Of a stretch of 64,000 nucleotides of DNA, positions 1-9,680 are shown piece after piece (the first letter of the stretch is position 1; each line of letters opens with the position of its first letter). The stretch is from assembly GCA_963703955.1 (NCBI GenBank), contig CAVPGK010000005.1:1-64000 (forward strand). The letters are read 5' to 3'. The notes under the pieces were generated by a model. The model saw only the letters and a program-made list of their open reading frames with translations. It was not told the DNA's origin and searched no databases. The position numbers and the translations under genes are program-made. The DNA is from Nitrospirota bacterium (GTDB taxonomy: Bacteria > Nitrospirota > Nitrospiria > Nitrospirales > Nitrospiraceae).

Positions 1-24
1 GGGGATAGCCCATGGGCTATCCCC
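1..24 (-). terminator. Perfect 24-bp palindrome, probable terminator hairpin for the globin gene
   Basis: GGGGATAGCCCATGGGCTATCCCC equals its own reverse complement and lies 50 bp past the globin stop. Any U-tract would be outside the window. Confidence 0.55.
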
Positions 25-74
25 TTCCGGTCTTCCGTGCAGTCCTTCTTGTGACTTGTCTGTATGGTGTGTTT

Positions 75-617
75 CTAAAAGGACAGCGATGCTCTTTCGT
101 CTTGCGCTCTTGCCAAGTCATTCTGCCAGCCGCGATCGGTGACCGCGGGCATGCCGGCAAACGGCTTCTCGACGATATCTTTTTTCATCGGCCCGAGGGC
201 GCCGAGTAGTTCATTCTTCTCGCGCTCCGGAACCTTAAACTTGTTCAAGGTCGCAACTAGATCTCCCACCAGCGCATCAAACTCTACACTGGTGATTCCC
301 ATGCCCGCATGCGCGGTCTTCATGTCACGCCCAGTGTAAGTGCAGGGACCGCCCGAGGCCTGGCAAATCTGCTCCACGAGCATGGTCTTCAAACGTGGGA
401 GGTTGGCATTGGCGAACTTGCCGTTGATCCGATTATCTCCCGCCACCCGGGCGACGAAATCATCAACGACCGCGGTAATCGCCGGCTTGCCCCCCAGCCG
501 GTCGTACAGCGGTGTAACCGCAGCGGGCTTTGTGGTGCTTGACTCCATTGTGCTGCAACCGGCGACCGCGAGAGCAATTCCGAATACGAACAAGCGAGAC
601 AGACCATGTGAGCGCAT
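75..617 (-). CDS. glbN: Group 1 truncated haemoglobin, predicted lipoprotein
   Basis: [27 protein letters not shown] (proximal His) and EFDALV motifs; lipobox AVAG-C; AGGAGG RBS. Confidence 0.9.
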   Translation of the reverse strand: MRSHGLSRLFVFGIALAVAGCSTMESSTTKPAAVTPLYDRLGGKPAITAVVDDFVARVAGDNRINGKFANANLPRLKTMLVEQICQASGGPCTYTGRDMKTAHAGMGITSVEFDALVGDLVATLNKFKVPEREKNELLGALGPMKKDIVEKPFAGMPAVTDRGWQNDLARAQDERASLSF

Positions 618-1545
618 GATAGTTCCTCCTGGTTAATGGGTGAGTTCTCCGTTCAGCCGTTCCTTCTCTTGCTTACCTGCACTCTCTACCTCCGTTACGA
701 GACCTCCGTGAGTTTGGATTGCAGATTCCAGAAAGTTTTCTTGTGGCTTCAGCGACGCCGGTGTTATAGTCCCGTTGCCTTTTCCGACTCACGAGGATTT
801 CGTGAATTCTGCGCGGTCGGTGAATCCGTTCTTCTCCACCGTCTCGTAATGACTTAGGGAAAGCCTATGCAGACGCTGGCCGTAGGTAGCGGAGTTCGCA
901 CCTCCCGATTGCGATACAGGAATGAGAGAAGTATCGTGCTGGACGGGAATGTAGTCGTGCCAGGGAACGTGCAGAACGACGATTACCACCGAACCGAGGC
1001 CCACCGTTCATCCAATTACCTGCAGTGAGCAAGGTTACTTCGCGTTTGTGATGACATCCACACAGAACCGGGTTCTGTCGGCTAATCCAGTCGTGTCATA
1101 AGATCTACACGCGATGGCATTTGCCCGTCATGCGAGCGTATCGGTGTGTGGTGTGCTCACCTCACAGGGTGAGAAGGGTCTACCCGGAAAGTAAAAAGGA
1201 GGATTTGACTCACTTGCAACGCAACGCTTAGGAGAGCAAAGTAGCGGCGATTCTGAACCGGCTTCTATGAATACCGTGACAACACCGTCGGAAGCCGCGA
1301 AGTTGCATTCTTGCGATCGGATGTGATCGCGTAGTATGCCCAAGCTGTGCTGAGGCAATTCGAGACAGGGAAAGGGTTCGAACAGCCGTGCAAGTTAGTC
1401 ATTGGGGTTGGGACCAGGGAGGTGATCCACCGATTTCTTGCCGTGGTGGAAGAAAACGGTGTCCGAAACCGGTCTTGAATCTCATTGTTTCGTCGACGAG
1501 CCGAATAGCCCTCTGCAGTGCTATCTAGTTCACGAGGAGACGACC

Positions 1546-2838
1546 ATGATGGCCGAGAATGAGCAAGACATCATTGGCGAACAGCGACGCGAGCTTGAGA
1601 CGGCGCGCCTGTTCCTGGCGCGCATGCAGGTCAGCGGAGGGAATTCTCTTAAGCAGGTGTTTGAGCGTAGCACAGAAACTGCTGCCGCGACCCTCAAGGT
1701 CGAACGTGTGAGCATTTGGTTCTTCGTTCACGACCGCCAGGCCATTCGCTGCCATGACCTGTACGAGCGGTCACGGAAGGAGCATTCTGAGGGGGCGATC
1801 CTATATGCCGCTGATTTTCCTATCTATTTCCGCGCGCTCGAGGAACGCCGCGACATTGCGGCCGCAGACGCGCGGACCCACCCCTTGACCCAGGAGTTAC
1901 GGGAAGCCTATCTGGAACCGCTTGGCATCACGTCCATGCTGGATTCTCCCATTTTTCGCGACGGACAAGTGATCGGAGTCGTGTGCCATGAACATTTCGG
2001 TCCGCCCCGAGAGTGGACAGTTGAGGAGCGCGACTTTACGGGCTCAGTGGCGGACGCCATCGCGTCAAAATTCGAGAGCGCGACGCGGCAGGACGTCGAG
2101 TTGTCGCGTCGGGCGTTGGAACTTCACACGGCAGAACTCCACAGGTTGGATGCCGTTAGCCGAGTGGCCGCTGGCATTGCGCATGACTTTAAGAATGTTC
2201 TGCTGGTGATCATCTGCAACGCAGACTTGATCAGGCGGGCTGAGGCTGCAACGCCTAACATCATTGCAATGGCCCAGGAGGTTCTTGAGGCGGCTGAGCG
2301 TGGCAAAGCGCTTTCCGACGAACTCTTGAACTTTGGGCGGGAGAAATCGCATCGGACGAGCGCGATCCAAGTCTCCGATGTTGTGCAGCGGTTTGTGGGG
2401 ATCCTCCAAACAGCGGTCGGCAGAGCCTATTCCATTCACTTCATCCGAGGCTCATCCCCTGGCCGAGTGTTCATAGAGCCTTCCCAACTCGAACGTGTCC
2501 TGTTGAACTTGTGCCTCAACGCGCGCGATGCCATGCCCCCCGGTGGAATCATAACGATCACGGTCCTCGAAACCCGTGTCACCGAAGCAATCGGTGCTCC
2601 AGGGGTCTATACGGTTGTCGAGGTGAGGGATACGGGTGCGGGGATGGATTCGAAAACCAGGGCGCGGATTTTCGAGCCGCTTTTTACGACCAAGGCTAAA
2701 GACAAGGGAAGCGGGCTGGGCCTAACAATCGTCCATCGAATCGTCGATCGGGCCGGCGGCTTCATCCACGTGACGACCGAGCCAGGGCAGGGCACATGCA
2801 TTCGAGTGTACTTGCCGCGAGTTTCTTCCGAAACTTGA
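1546..2838 (+). CDS. Soluble GAF-HisKA-HATPase sensor histidine kinase
   Basis: GAF (ITSMLDSPI, GVVCHEH), H-box AHDFKN, NLCLNARDAM, DTGAGM, FTTK, GSGLGL; GAGGAG RBS before ATG 1546. Confidence 0.9.
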   Translation: MMAENEQDIIGEQRRELETARLFLARMQVSGGNSLKQVFERSTETAAATLKVERVSIWFFVHDRQAIRCHDLYERSRKEHSEGAILYAADFPIYFRALEERRDIAAADARTHPLTQELREAYLEPLGITSMLDSPIFRDGQVIGVVCHEHFGPPREWTVEERDFTGSVADAIASKFESATRQDVELSRRALELHTAELHRLDAVSRVAAGIAHDFKNVLLVIICNADLIRRAEAATPNIIAMAQEVLEAAERGKALSDELLNFGREKSHRTSAIQVSDVVQRFVGILQTAVGRAYSIHFIRGSSPGRVFIEPSQLERVLLNLCLNARDAMPPGGIITITVLETRVTEAIGAPGVYTVVEVRDTGAGMDSKTRARIFEPLFTTKAKDKGSGLGLTIVHRIVDRAGGFIHVTTEPGQGTCIRVYLPRVSSET

Positions 2839-2852
2839 GCCAGGTTCGGCAA

Positions 2853-3048
2853 GAGGATTGACGGGGATTCGGGCGTGTCACGAAGTTTCGCAAATCATGA
2901 GAGTTCACGAGCCGAAGTCGTGAGTTTTCGCATGAAGCTGGGGAGACGGCTATGGAGGATGATCCAGAGCTGGAGAACTAGCTCTGGCTGGGGCGAGTGA
3001 TACCGAGCGCCTTCATGCGCGAGCTTAAGGTCGAAGGGTTCATCCCCA
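2853..3048 (-). pseudogene. Relic of a paralogous sigma54-activator 3' end plus its downstream UAS region (imperfect direct repeat of 10893-11081)
   Basis: Aligns by eye with 10893-11081; encodes [22 protein letters not shown] versus [20 protein letters not shown]. Confidence 0.85.
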
Positions 3049-3269
3049 TACCACCAGGCGGGATCGAGCCGTGACCTAGACAAGAAGGGTCATAGAGAGA
3101 GATCTATGCGCAAAGACGCAATTTATGCAACCACCTTTAGACCCCCGGTGGCATCCTTATTTTGCTAGAGAGGTGGTCGTCAGGTACAGGAGGGTACAGA
3201 GGCATACAGTGTCACGCGGTAAGAGAAAGCCTTTTCGGAAATTAGAAAAAGCCTATTTACCGGGCTGAC

Positions 3270-4254
3270 TCAGGGCTTTGGCAACTTCGCGATATCAATG
3301 TCGGGATAGAGTTTCCGTATGCAGTTGGGGCAAATGCTGTGCGTGAATGTTGCTTCCGAATGCGTCTGGATATACGACTCAACACTATCCCAATACCCTT
3401 GATCGTCGCGGATCTGCTTGCACGACGCGCAGATAGGCAACAAGCCACGGAGGATCTTGAGCTTTGCCAATGCTTCTGTCACGCGGACTTCTAATTGCTC
3501 GTTCGCGCGGTGCAGCGCCTCCTCTGCCCGTATGCGGTCGGTGATGTCAACCGCAAACACAATGACGCCCACGATGTTCCCTTGCGCGTCGCGATAAGGA
3601 ATTTTGTCCGTTTGGACCCAACGCTTTTCGTCGGCCGACACGCGATAGGGTTCAATAATGCCTCGCTTCGGCTCTCCTGTTTGCATCACCTCAAGATCAT
3701 CTTGGTGGTACTTCAGCGCGTCTTCTGGATAGAATTCATCGGTCAGTCTTCCTTTGATCTGATGCTCGGGTACCCCTATTGATTGGGCGGCTCCCTTGTT
3801 CACGTTAAGAATCCTGTTGGCTTTGTCTTTATACCAGATCATTGCCGGTACTGAATCAAAGATGGTTTGCAACTCATCCTGCTTTTGAGCGAACCGTTCC
3901 TCTGTATCCTTACGCTGCAAGGTCAGGAAAGTGACAGCCCACACTATGCTCACTGAAAGTGCGCGATTGGTTAGTACCATCCAGGGAATGGCTTCTCCAC
4001 TAGGAGAATAAATGTAATCCAGAATGATGAGGATACTACTGACGGTGGCGACCGTGAGTGTCGGCTTTCGTCCACGCAACCATAGGGTTGTCAATACGGG
4101 AGCTACATAAAGAAGCCCCATGGCCACGCCTAAGGGAACAAAGTGGTCCCATAGAAAGATTAGGGCCATGAGCAAGATGGGAACACCGCTCTGTAGTTGA
4201 ATCTTTGTGCCTCTCTATCGGGTTCAGATCTACGAAGGTTAGACGATTTGACAT
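3270..4254 (-). CDS. Membrane PAS protein with C-terminal CxxC..HxxCxxC module; probable frameshift near 4210
   Basis: TM segments, PAS (IFDSVPAMIWYKD..DITDR), LPICASCKQIRDD..FTHSICPNC tail; ATG 4254 is in a different frame from the 3270-4175 ORF. Confidence 0.8.
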
Positions 4255-4402
4255 CTCTTCTCAAGAGGATCAGCTTCGATCTCTATAACTTTCTTTCTAC
4301 AGGGAAAGTCATGGAACCGGGGTAATTAGACTTAGTCTCGCGCGACCCTTTTATTTGCCCTCGTGAGATGATCTGCGAGGGCATTTTTGTCTGTACGACG
4401 GC

Positions 4403-4693
4403 ATGAAAAATCGGATCAGAACAGCAACCTTCATTGCGGATGAGTGGCGCTTTTCGGGCTGGCAATGCATCTGGGCCAATGGCCGAAGCCCCTATAGTGC
4501 CTTCTTCACGGCTGCACACCTCCCGCAGTTTGAGCTGGCGGACTATGGGTCTGAACGTGCGAGGGTTACAGAAGTGAAAGCGGACATCAGACCACGGCAA
4601 CTCTGCTTACCCTTCACCGAGTGGGCGCTTTATCAAGGCACGGAGGTCATCACTCGCTGGCGCTACCCTGAAGCACATTCGGGCGGGGAGTAG
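4403..4693 (+). CDS. Hypothetical protein
   Basis: ATG-started 96-aa ORF in otherwise empty DNA; no motif recognised. Confidence 0.3.
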   Translation: MKNRIRTATFIADEWRFSGWQCIWANGRSPYSAFFTAAHLPQFELADYGSERARVTEVKADIRPRQLCLPFTEWALYQGTEVITRWRYPEAHSGGE

Positions 4694-4797
4694 AATGTGA
4701 GGGGTGGCCGCTCTCAGCGTTGATCCACTTTGGAACCTAGGATGCGAGGAGGGTAGGCTTGAGCAGGATGAAGCTTTGTTAGTTATGCCAAATTTCG

Positions 4798-5000
4798 ACA
4801 CCTTGTCCACAGGCATTCACTGAGGTCAGCCTCTGTTAGGACTGCCGGCCCTATAACTACGTATTATTTATATCTGCTACTAGATATGGTGGTGGTCAGC
4901 CGATGTACCGCAATGATTAAAAAGTGGGCAAGGTGTTCGTCGGCTCAGCCTTGAAGGCAGTTTGCTTGTCAGTGACTCATTATCCACAGCCTTATTCACA
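4798..5000. promoter_or_regulatory. Cluster of DnaA-box-like 9-mers around an AT-rich core
   Basis: TTATCCACA 4980-4988 (perfect), TTATTCACA 4992-5000, TTGTCCACA 4803-4811; 13-bp inverted repeat 4798-4810/4924-4936. Confidence 0.5.
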
Positions 5001-5246
5001 GTTTTTGGGGATTCTATTTTCTTGCCAGTGGGCTCGCCCCGCATGCGCGATAGAACAGCTCATTGATAGCCTTCTCTTGATCTTTAATGCCTTCCTCAGG
5101 AAAGGACCATCGTTTTATACAAAAGACATCGCAACTGCCCCGCCTAAGCCGACGGATTTCTGGCACCTCTGTACTTGCCCCTCAAGACGATTTGGAAACT
5201 TGGTCATTTCTGAGGTACAAGAGCAGACCTGACTCGTTCAAACTAG

Positions 5247-5949
5247 TTGCCCGTTGAACTGCAGGTGGTCGTGATATTTCCTTCTGGTCGCGCTTCTGTA
5301 TCTCCGCGCCACGGTCCCTGGATCACTCGGTCCGTGATCGGCATCGTGCTCGCTACTTTTTTTTCAGACTTTAGCCACGAAATGTGCACAGCAGTCCTCC
5401 CTCTCTACCTTTCAACACTGGGGTTCGGCCCTGCCGCGCTAGGTCTGATCGAGGGAGTCGCTGACTTTCTGGTCAGCCTCTCAAAACTGGCGGGTGGAGT
5501 GGTCGGACATCATGTCCGCCATAAGCGTCCCTTGGCATCCCTGGGTTACAACGGCCGTGGCGACGTGGGCGATCGCTCTTGTCCAGGAGCTCGGTGCACT
5601 GATCTCCCTACGCAGCGCGCCTTGGATCGGCCGAGGCTTTCGCGGACCGCTGCGAGACTATTTACTCGCGGATGCGGTCGAACCTACCCACTATGGGCAC
5701 GCATATGGTTTGGAGCGCGCCGGAGATATGCTTGGAGCAGTCATGGGACCGTTGATGGCCACGCTGCTGATTTGGGGTGGGATCGAGTTCCGTATGGTCA
5801 TTCTGTGGACCCTAGTGCCGGGACTCCTAGCGGCAGGCTCAATGTTCTTTCTCACCAGCGAACGTGCAGGAGCGACGGTCCATATCTCGGAGAATCCAGC
5901 TCCATCATCACGCCGATCATTCGCCCGTCTCTTTCGCGGTGTGCTTTGA
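5247..5949 (+). pseudogene. MFS transporter, N-terminal half only, frameshifted near 5548
   Basis: FFSDFSHEM..LPLYL..LGLIEG, then in a second frame GRGFRGPLRD..AYGLERAGDMLGAV; ends after about 6 TMs against a convergent gene. Confidence 0.8.
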
Positions 5950-5957
5950 TCATGGCC

Positions 5958-6263
5958 TTAGCTTCTTCCACTTCCTCGTCTCTGATCTTCATGGTTTTCT
6001 GCCGGCCTTTGCTTCGTGATCTTTCCTTCTGGCCCCCAGAGTTCATCCCATTCCTTGATCATGGGTTTCCAGTTCACGTCAATTCCATATTCCTCGGCCA
6101 GATCGAGGTAGACCACCAGGGCATTTTGCAGGATGTGAACCTTCGATTTTCTCATCGGGTACTTCCGGATAAACGCCTCGAGTTTGTCATTGATCACTTC
6201 TCCCCAATACACCGGGATCGTGTAATGGGTGTTCTTCGACCCTTTCATGATTGCACCCCCCAT
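5958..6263 (-). CDS. Small ribbon-helix-helix-like DNA-binding protein
   Basis: Strand-helix-helix pattern YTIPVYW-GEVINDKLEAFI-SKVHILQNALVVYL. Confidence 0.5.
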   Translation of the reverse strand: MGGAIMKGSKNTHYTIPVYWGEVINDKLEAFIRKYPMRKSKVHILQNALVVYLDLAEEYGIDVNWKPMIKEWDELWGPEGKITKQRPAENHEDQRRGSGRS

Positions 6264-6684
6264 AGATTTTGGTGATCCTTTGTGAACCCTTAGTGTCGCT
6301 CACCTGGCCTCACTGGTCAAAGGCATTCTCGAGGAGATGGAAAAGCTCGTCTGCAAGGAGAGAACTGCGGGGCTCATTACAGCGAACTCGACCTCACCCC
6401 ATGTATAATTTGCTCGATCAGAAACTAGAGCAAGCCCCGTTCGACCTCCTTAGTCTTGATTGAGAATGGGCCCCTCCGTGAGACACTTGACCACTGTGGA
6501 ACCAGGGCGTTGCACAGAAAGTGCCTACCGAACTCTGCAACCACTTGACAGAATTCACTTTGCCCAGAATACCGCCTTCAGGCGGGCGGGGGTGGATTTT
6601 AACAAGCTCGTTTCTCTACTTTACACCAGCTGGATTGACCTTCCTTGAGCCTGCCTCTCGATGACCTCTCTACGCCGGTTTCTT

Positions 6685-7941
6685 TCAAGCAATTCGAATC
6701 CGGCGAGTGATCTGCCCATTGCTCTCCCAGTAGGTACGCTTGGTCGCGATGACGGGATCACTCATGGCTGGTTGAACATGCCCGGCTCTGTCGATGGCCC
6801 GTGATGTGATCGTATGCTCGCCCGCCCTGGCATCCTCCCAATCCAAATGCCAGAACTTCCACGCGAACTCATGCTCCTGCACGCGATCCACGGTCGCGGC
6901 ACGCCATGGTCCGTCATCGATTCGGACTTCCACACGTTGGATCGGCTTCCCCCAGGCCGCACCATAAATTCGGTGCTTGCCGTCCTTCATGGTGACCTTC
7001 GCCGTCACGGACTTCAGCAAGGCCGGCCCGACCACCTTCTGCGTCCAAACGACTTCCCCGTTCTCCCGCGGCTCTTCACGAATCGTGACATAGTCCTTGG
7101 CCATAAAACGGCCGGCCCAACGCTTCTCGACCACCTCAAGACGTTTCAACCATTTGACATTGGCCACCCCATACCATCCGGGCGCAATAAGCCGCAGCGG
7201 AAATCCGTGAAGCGGGGGCAACGGCTCGCCATTCATTTCATAGCAGAGGAGATTCGTGGGCGCCAATGCGTCTTCCAGCGACATGCTTCGGCTGAAATTT
7301 TGCTTCATCTTGATGTCTCGAACCTCTTCTTCCCCCTCGTCGCTGCCGAAGAACACCACCTCAATCCCGTTCTTCTTGATACCGGCTTCTTGTAGAATCG
7401 GCGCGAGTGGCGTCCCTGCCCACCTCGCATTCCCGATGCCGCCCGTGAACCAGTTGAAGCCGTGATTGCCGGCGCACTCCAGCGAGAACGTCACTTCCTG
7501 CCGCGGCCGTGCCTTGATCTGTTCCCAGGTGAGCGAGATCGGCCTCTCGACCAATCCGCCCACGTGCAGCCGCCATTCTTCGGGCCTGATAACCGGCCGG
7601 TTGTAGTGGCTGACGGCGAAAAAGTCGTTGTTGGGGGTAATCCAGGAACTCAATTGTTCCCAATTGCGCGTGTTCAACTCGCCGTATTGCCGAACGGCCT
7701 CATCTGGAGGTGCGGGAGCTTGATCCAGAAAAGGGATCACCTTCTCGCCCTCGCTGGTACGCCAGATTTGCGCAAACGACAGAGAATCCGACAAGGCCAA
7801 CGCCGCGAGCACGGAGCTTCCACGAATCAGGAAATCGCGTCGTGAAACGACGGAGACAGCGTGATGTGTCTCTAGTTGATGGTCAAAACATTCGCGCGGT
7901 GTCATCGTAGGCCTCTCTTTCTTATCGTGGGTTAAGGTCAC
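6685..7941 (-). CDS. Tat-exported sulfite-oxidase-family molybdopterin oxidoreductase (SorA/SoxC-like)
   Basis: SRRDFL twin-arginine signal, LECAGN Mo-ligand Cys, HGFPLRLIAPGWYG..VKWL, C-terminal dimerisation domain; true start may be ATG 7905. Confidence 0.9.
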   Translation of the reverse strand: MTLTHDKKERPTMTPRECFDHQLETHHAVSVVSRRDFLIRGSSVLAALALSDSLSFAQIWRTSEGEKVIPFLDQAPAPPDEAVRQYGELNTRNWEQLSSWITPNNDFFAVSHYNRPVIRPEEWRLHVGGLVERPISLTWEQIKARPRQEVTFSLECAGNHGFNWFTGGIGNARWAGTPLAPILQEAGIKKNGIEVVFFGSDEGEEEVRDIKMKQNFSRSMSLEDALAPTNLLCYEMNGEPLPPLHGFPLRLIAPGWYGVANVKWLKRLEVVEKRWAGRFMAKDYVTIREEPRENGEVVWTQKVVGPALLKSVTAKVTMKDGKHRIYGAAWGKPIQRVEVRIDDGPWRAATVDRVQEHEFAWKFWHLDWEDARAGEHTITSRAIDRAGHVQPAMSDPVIATKRTYWESNGQITRRIRIA

Positions 7942-7949
7942 TCAATTCG

Positions 7950-9623
7950 CTAGAACCTCGATGCCGTCAGCGTCACGTCCGTGCTTGCCCACGCACGGCG
8001 GAAGCGCGCTTCCGCTGCGGCCGCTTCGGTGTTCTTCCCCTGCGCCCGGAGCGCCTGCGTGAGCCCGAACAGGGACCAGCCGTTCTCGGGGAAGCGCCGG
8101 AGGTCCTCGCGATACACCTTCTCGGCCTCGGCATGTTGTCCCGCCTTCAACAGCGCGGCGCCGAGCGAGTGCCGAATCGGGTAGTACCACTTGGGCGGTT
8201 CGAAGTAGAGTCCCGCGTCCTCGATCTTGGCCGCCTCCCGGAAGTGGTTGATGCCCGCGTCGAGGTCGCCGCGGCGGGTGGCGATCTCGCCGGACAGCGC
8301 GTGCACGGCGATCGAGAGCGCCGTCTTGCCATCGGCCCCTTCGGGCGTCGCGGCGTTGATCGCCGTCACCGTATCGAGCGCGGCTTGCGCCTCCGCCCAC
8401 TGTCCCTTGGCGGCGTGCGCCACGCCGCGGGCGTAGTACGCCAGGGCGTACGAGAAGCGGATGTCTTCCGGCGGAAGCGGTTGGGCAAGCACGTCGTCCC
8501 ATTTTCCGAACGTCGTGAGCGTGAGCGCGTGGTACGGCAGCATCTCCTGCAGCATCCCGACCTGGCGCGCGGCGTCGAGGTTCACCTTGGAGATGAGTGT
8601 GTTGGACGCCTCGATCGCCTGCGCACTGCGGCCCGCCATCGTGGAGGCGAAGGCAAGGAAGTGGATGTTGTGCGGGTAGTAGGCGAGCGGATAGACGCCC
8701 ATCGGGTGCTGCCCTTCGATGAACACCTCGTCGGTGTGGATGGCGTGTTGGTTGGCTTGCACGGCGTCGTTCCACCGTCCGACGCGGATGTAGATGTGTG
8801 CGGGCATGTGGACCATGTGCCCTTCGCCCGGCATGAGCCGAGCGAGCCGCTCGGCGCACGGCACCGCGGCCTGGGGGTTCACTGCTTCGACCGCGTGGAT
8901 GTAGTAATGGCACGCGCCCGGGTGGTTCGGGTTGCGCGAGATGACGCTCTCAAGCTGGCGTACGATTTCATTGGTGCCGGGGTAGGGAGTACCGTCAGGT
9001 CGCCAGTAGTTCCACGGGCGGAGGTCCATCAGCGATTCGGCGTATAGGGTCGCGGCGTCGAGGTCGTCGGGGTAGGTCTTGGCGACCTGTTCCATCGCGC
9101 GCGAGTACAACGTGTCCAAGTGGGCACGATCGGTCGGCGGGACCGCCGCGTAGCGCTGCGCGACCGCCTCGATGTACGCGCGCTCAGGCGCCGTGGCGTG
9201 GGACTTGAGCGCCAGCGCTTTCTGCGCCGCCGCGTACGCGGCGACTCCGCTTGCCGAGTCCATGGGAGCGTTGACGTGCGGGCCGTAGGCGAGTGCGATC
9301 CCCCAGTAGCACATGGCGCAGCTGGGATCGAGCTCTGCGGCGCGCGTGAAGGAGCGGATCGCTTCCGCGTGATTGAATCCGTAGAGGAGTCGCAGGCCTT
9401 GGTCGAAGTACTGCTGTGTGGCCGGGACTCGAGTGGAGATGGGTTTGTGGTGGGAGCCGAGGTTCGTATAGAGGGGGACCGTGTCAGAAAGGCTTTTCGG
9501 CGGTGCGGGCGCCACCGTCGACTCTGTGCCCCAGCTGGGGGCGGCGCTGGCGAGCAGAACAGCCACGGCGAACCCAATGACGTAACTCACGGTTCCATAG
9601 GTGAAGGCTAAGATTCTATTCAT
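7950..9623 (-). CDS. Exported TPR-repeat protein
   Basis: QYFDQGL..YGFNHAEA, CAMCYWG, HPGACHYYIH, HMVHMPAHIY, PENGWSL; AGGAG RBS before ATG 9623. Confidence 0.85.
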   Translation of the reverse strand: MNRILAFTYGTVSYVIGFAVAVLLASAAPSWGTESTVAPAPPKSLSDTVPLYTNLGSHHKPISTRVPATQQYFDQGLRLLYGFNHAEAIRSFTRAAELDPSCAMCYWGIALAYGPHVNAPMDSASGVAAYAAAQKALALKSHATAPERAYIEAVAQRYAAVPPTDRAHLDTLYSRAMEQVAKTYPDDLDAATLYAESLMDLRPWNYWRPDGTPYPGTNEIVRQLESVISRNPNHPGACHYYIHAVEAVNPQAAVPCAERLARLMPGEGHMVHMPAHIYIRVGRWNDAVQANQHAIHTDEVFIEGQHPMGVYPLAYYPHNIHFLAFASTMAGRSAQAIEASNTLISKVNLDAARQVGMLQEMLPYHALTLTTFGKWDDVLAQPLPPEDIRFSYALAYYARGVAHAAKGQWAEAQAALDTVTAINAATPEGADGKTALSIAVHALSGEIATRRGDLDAGINHFREAAKIEDAGLYFEPPKWYYPIRHSLGAALLKAGQHAEAEKVYREDLRRFPENGWSLFGLTQALRAQGKNTEAAAAEARFRRAWASTDVTLTASRF

Positions 9624-9680
9624 GATCGTGTCTCCTTTTCGGTTTTCTCCCGACACCGAAACCGATCGGCGCGAGAATAG

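Noticed and set aside
789..805. TCACGA-N5-TCGTGA palindrome upstream of the globin as a site for the 11017 activator
   Set aside because: Half-site order and spacing differ, single copy, and no sigma54 promoter found
1351..1368. GGCAATTCGAGACA as another UAS copy
   Set aside because: Only a partial half-match, with no partner box or -24/-12 element
7942..9611. Long alternative-frame ORFs over the TPR gene (likewise 50431-51522 and 45883-46788)
   Set aside because: Shadow ORFs expected in GC-rich coding DNA; no recognisable motifs
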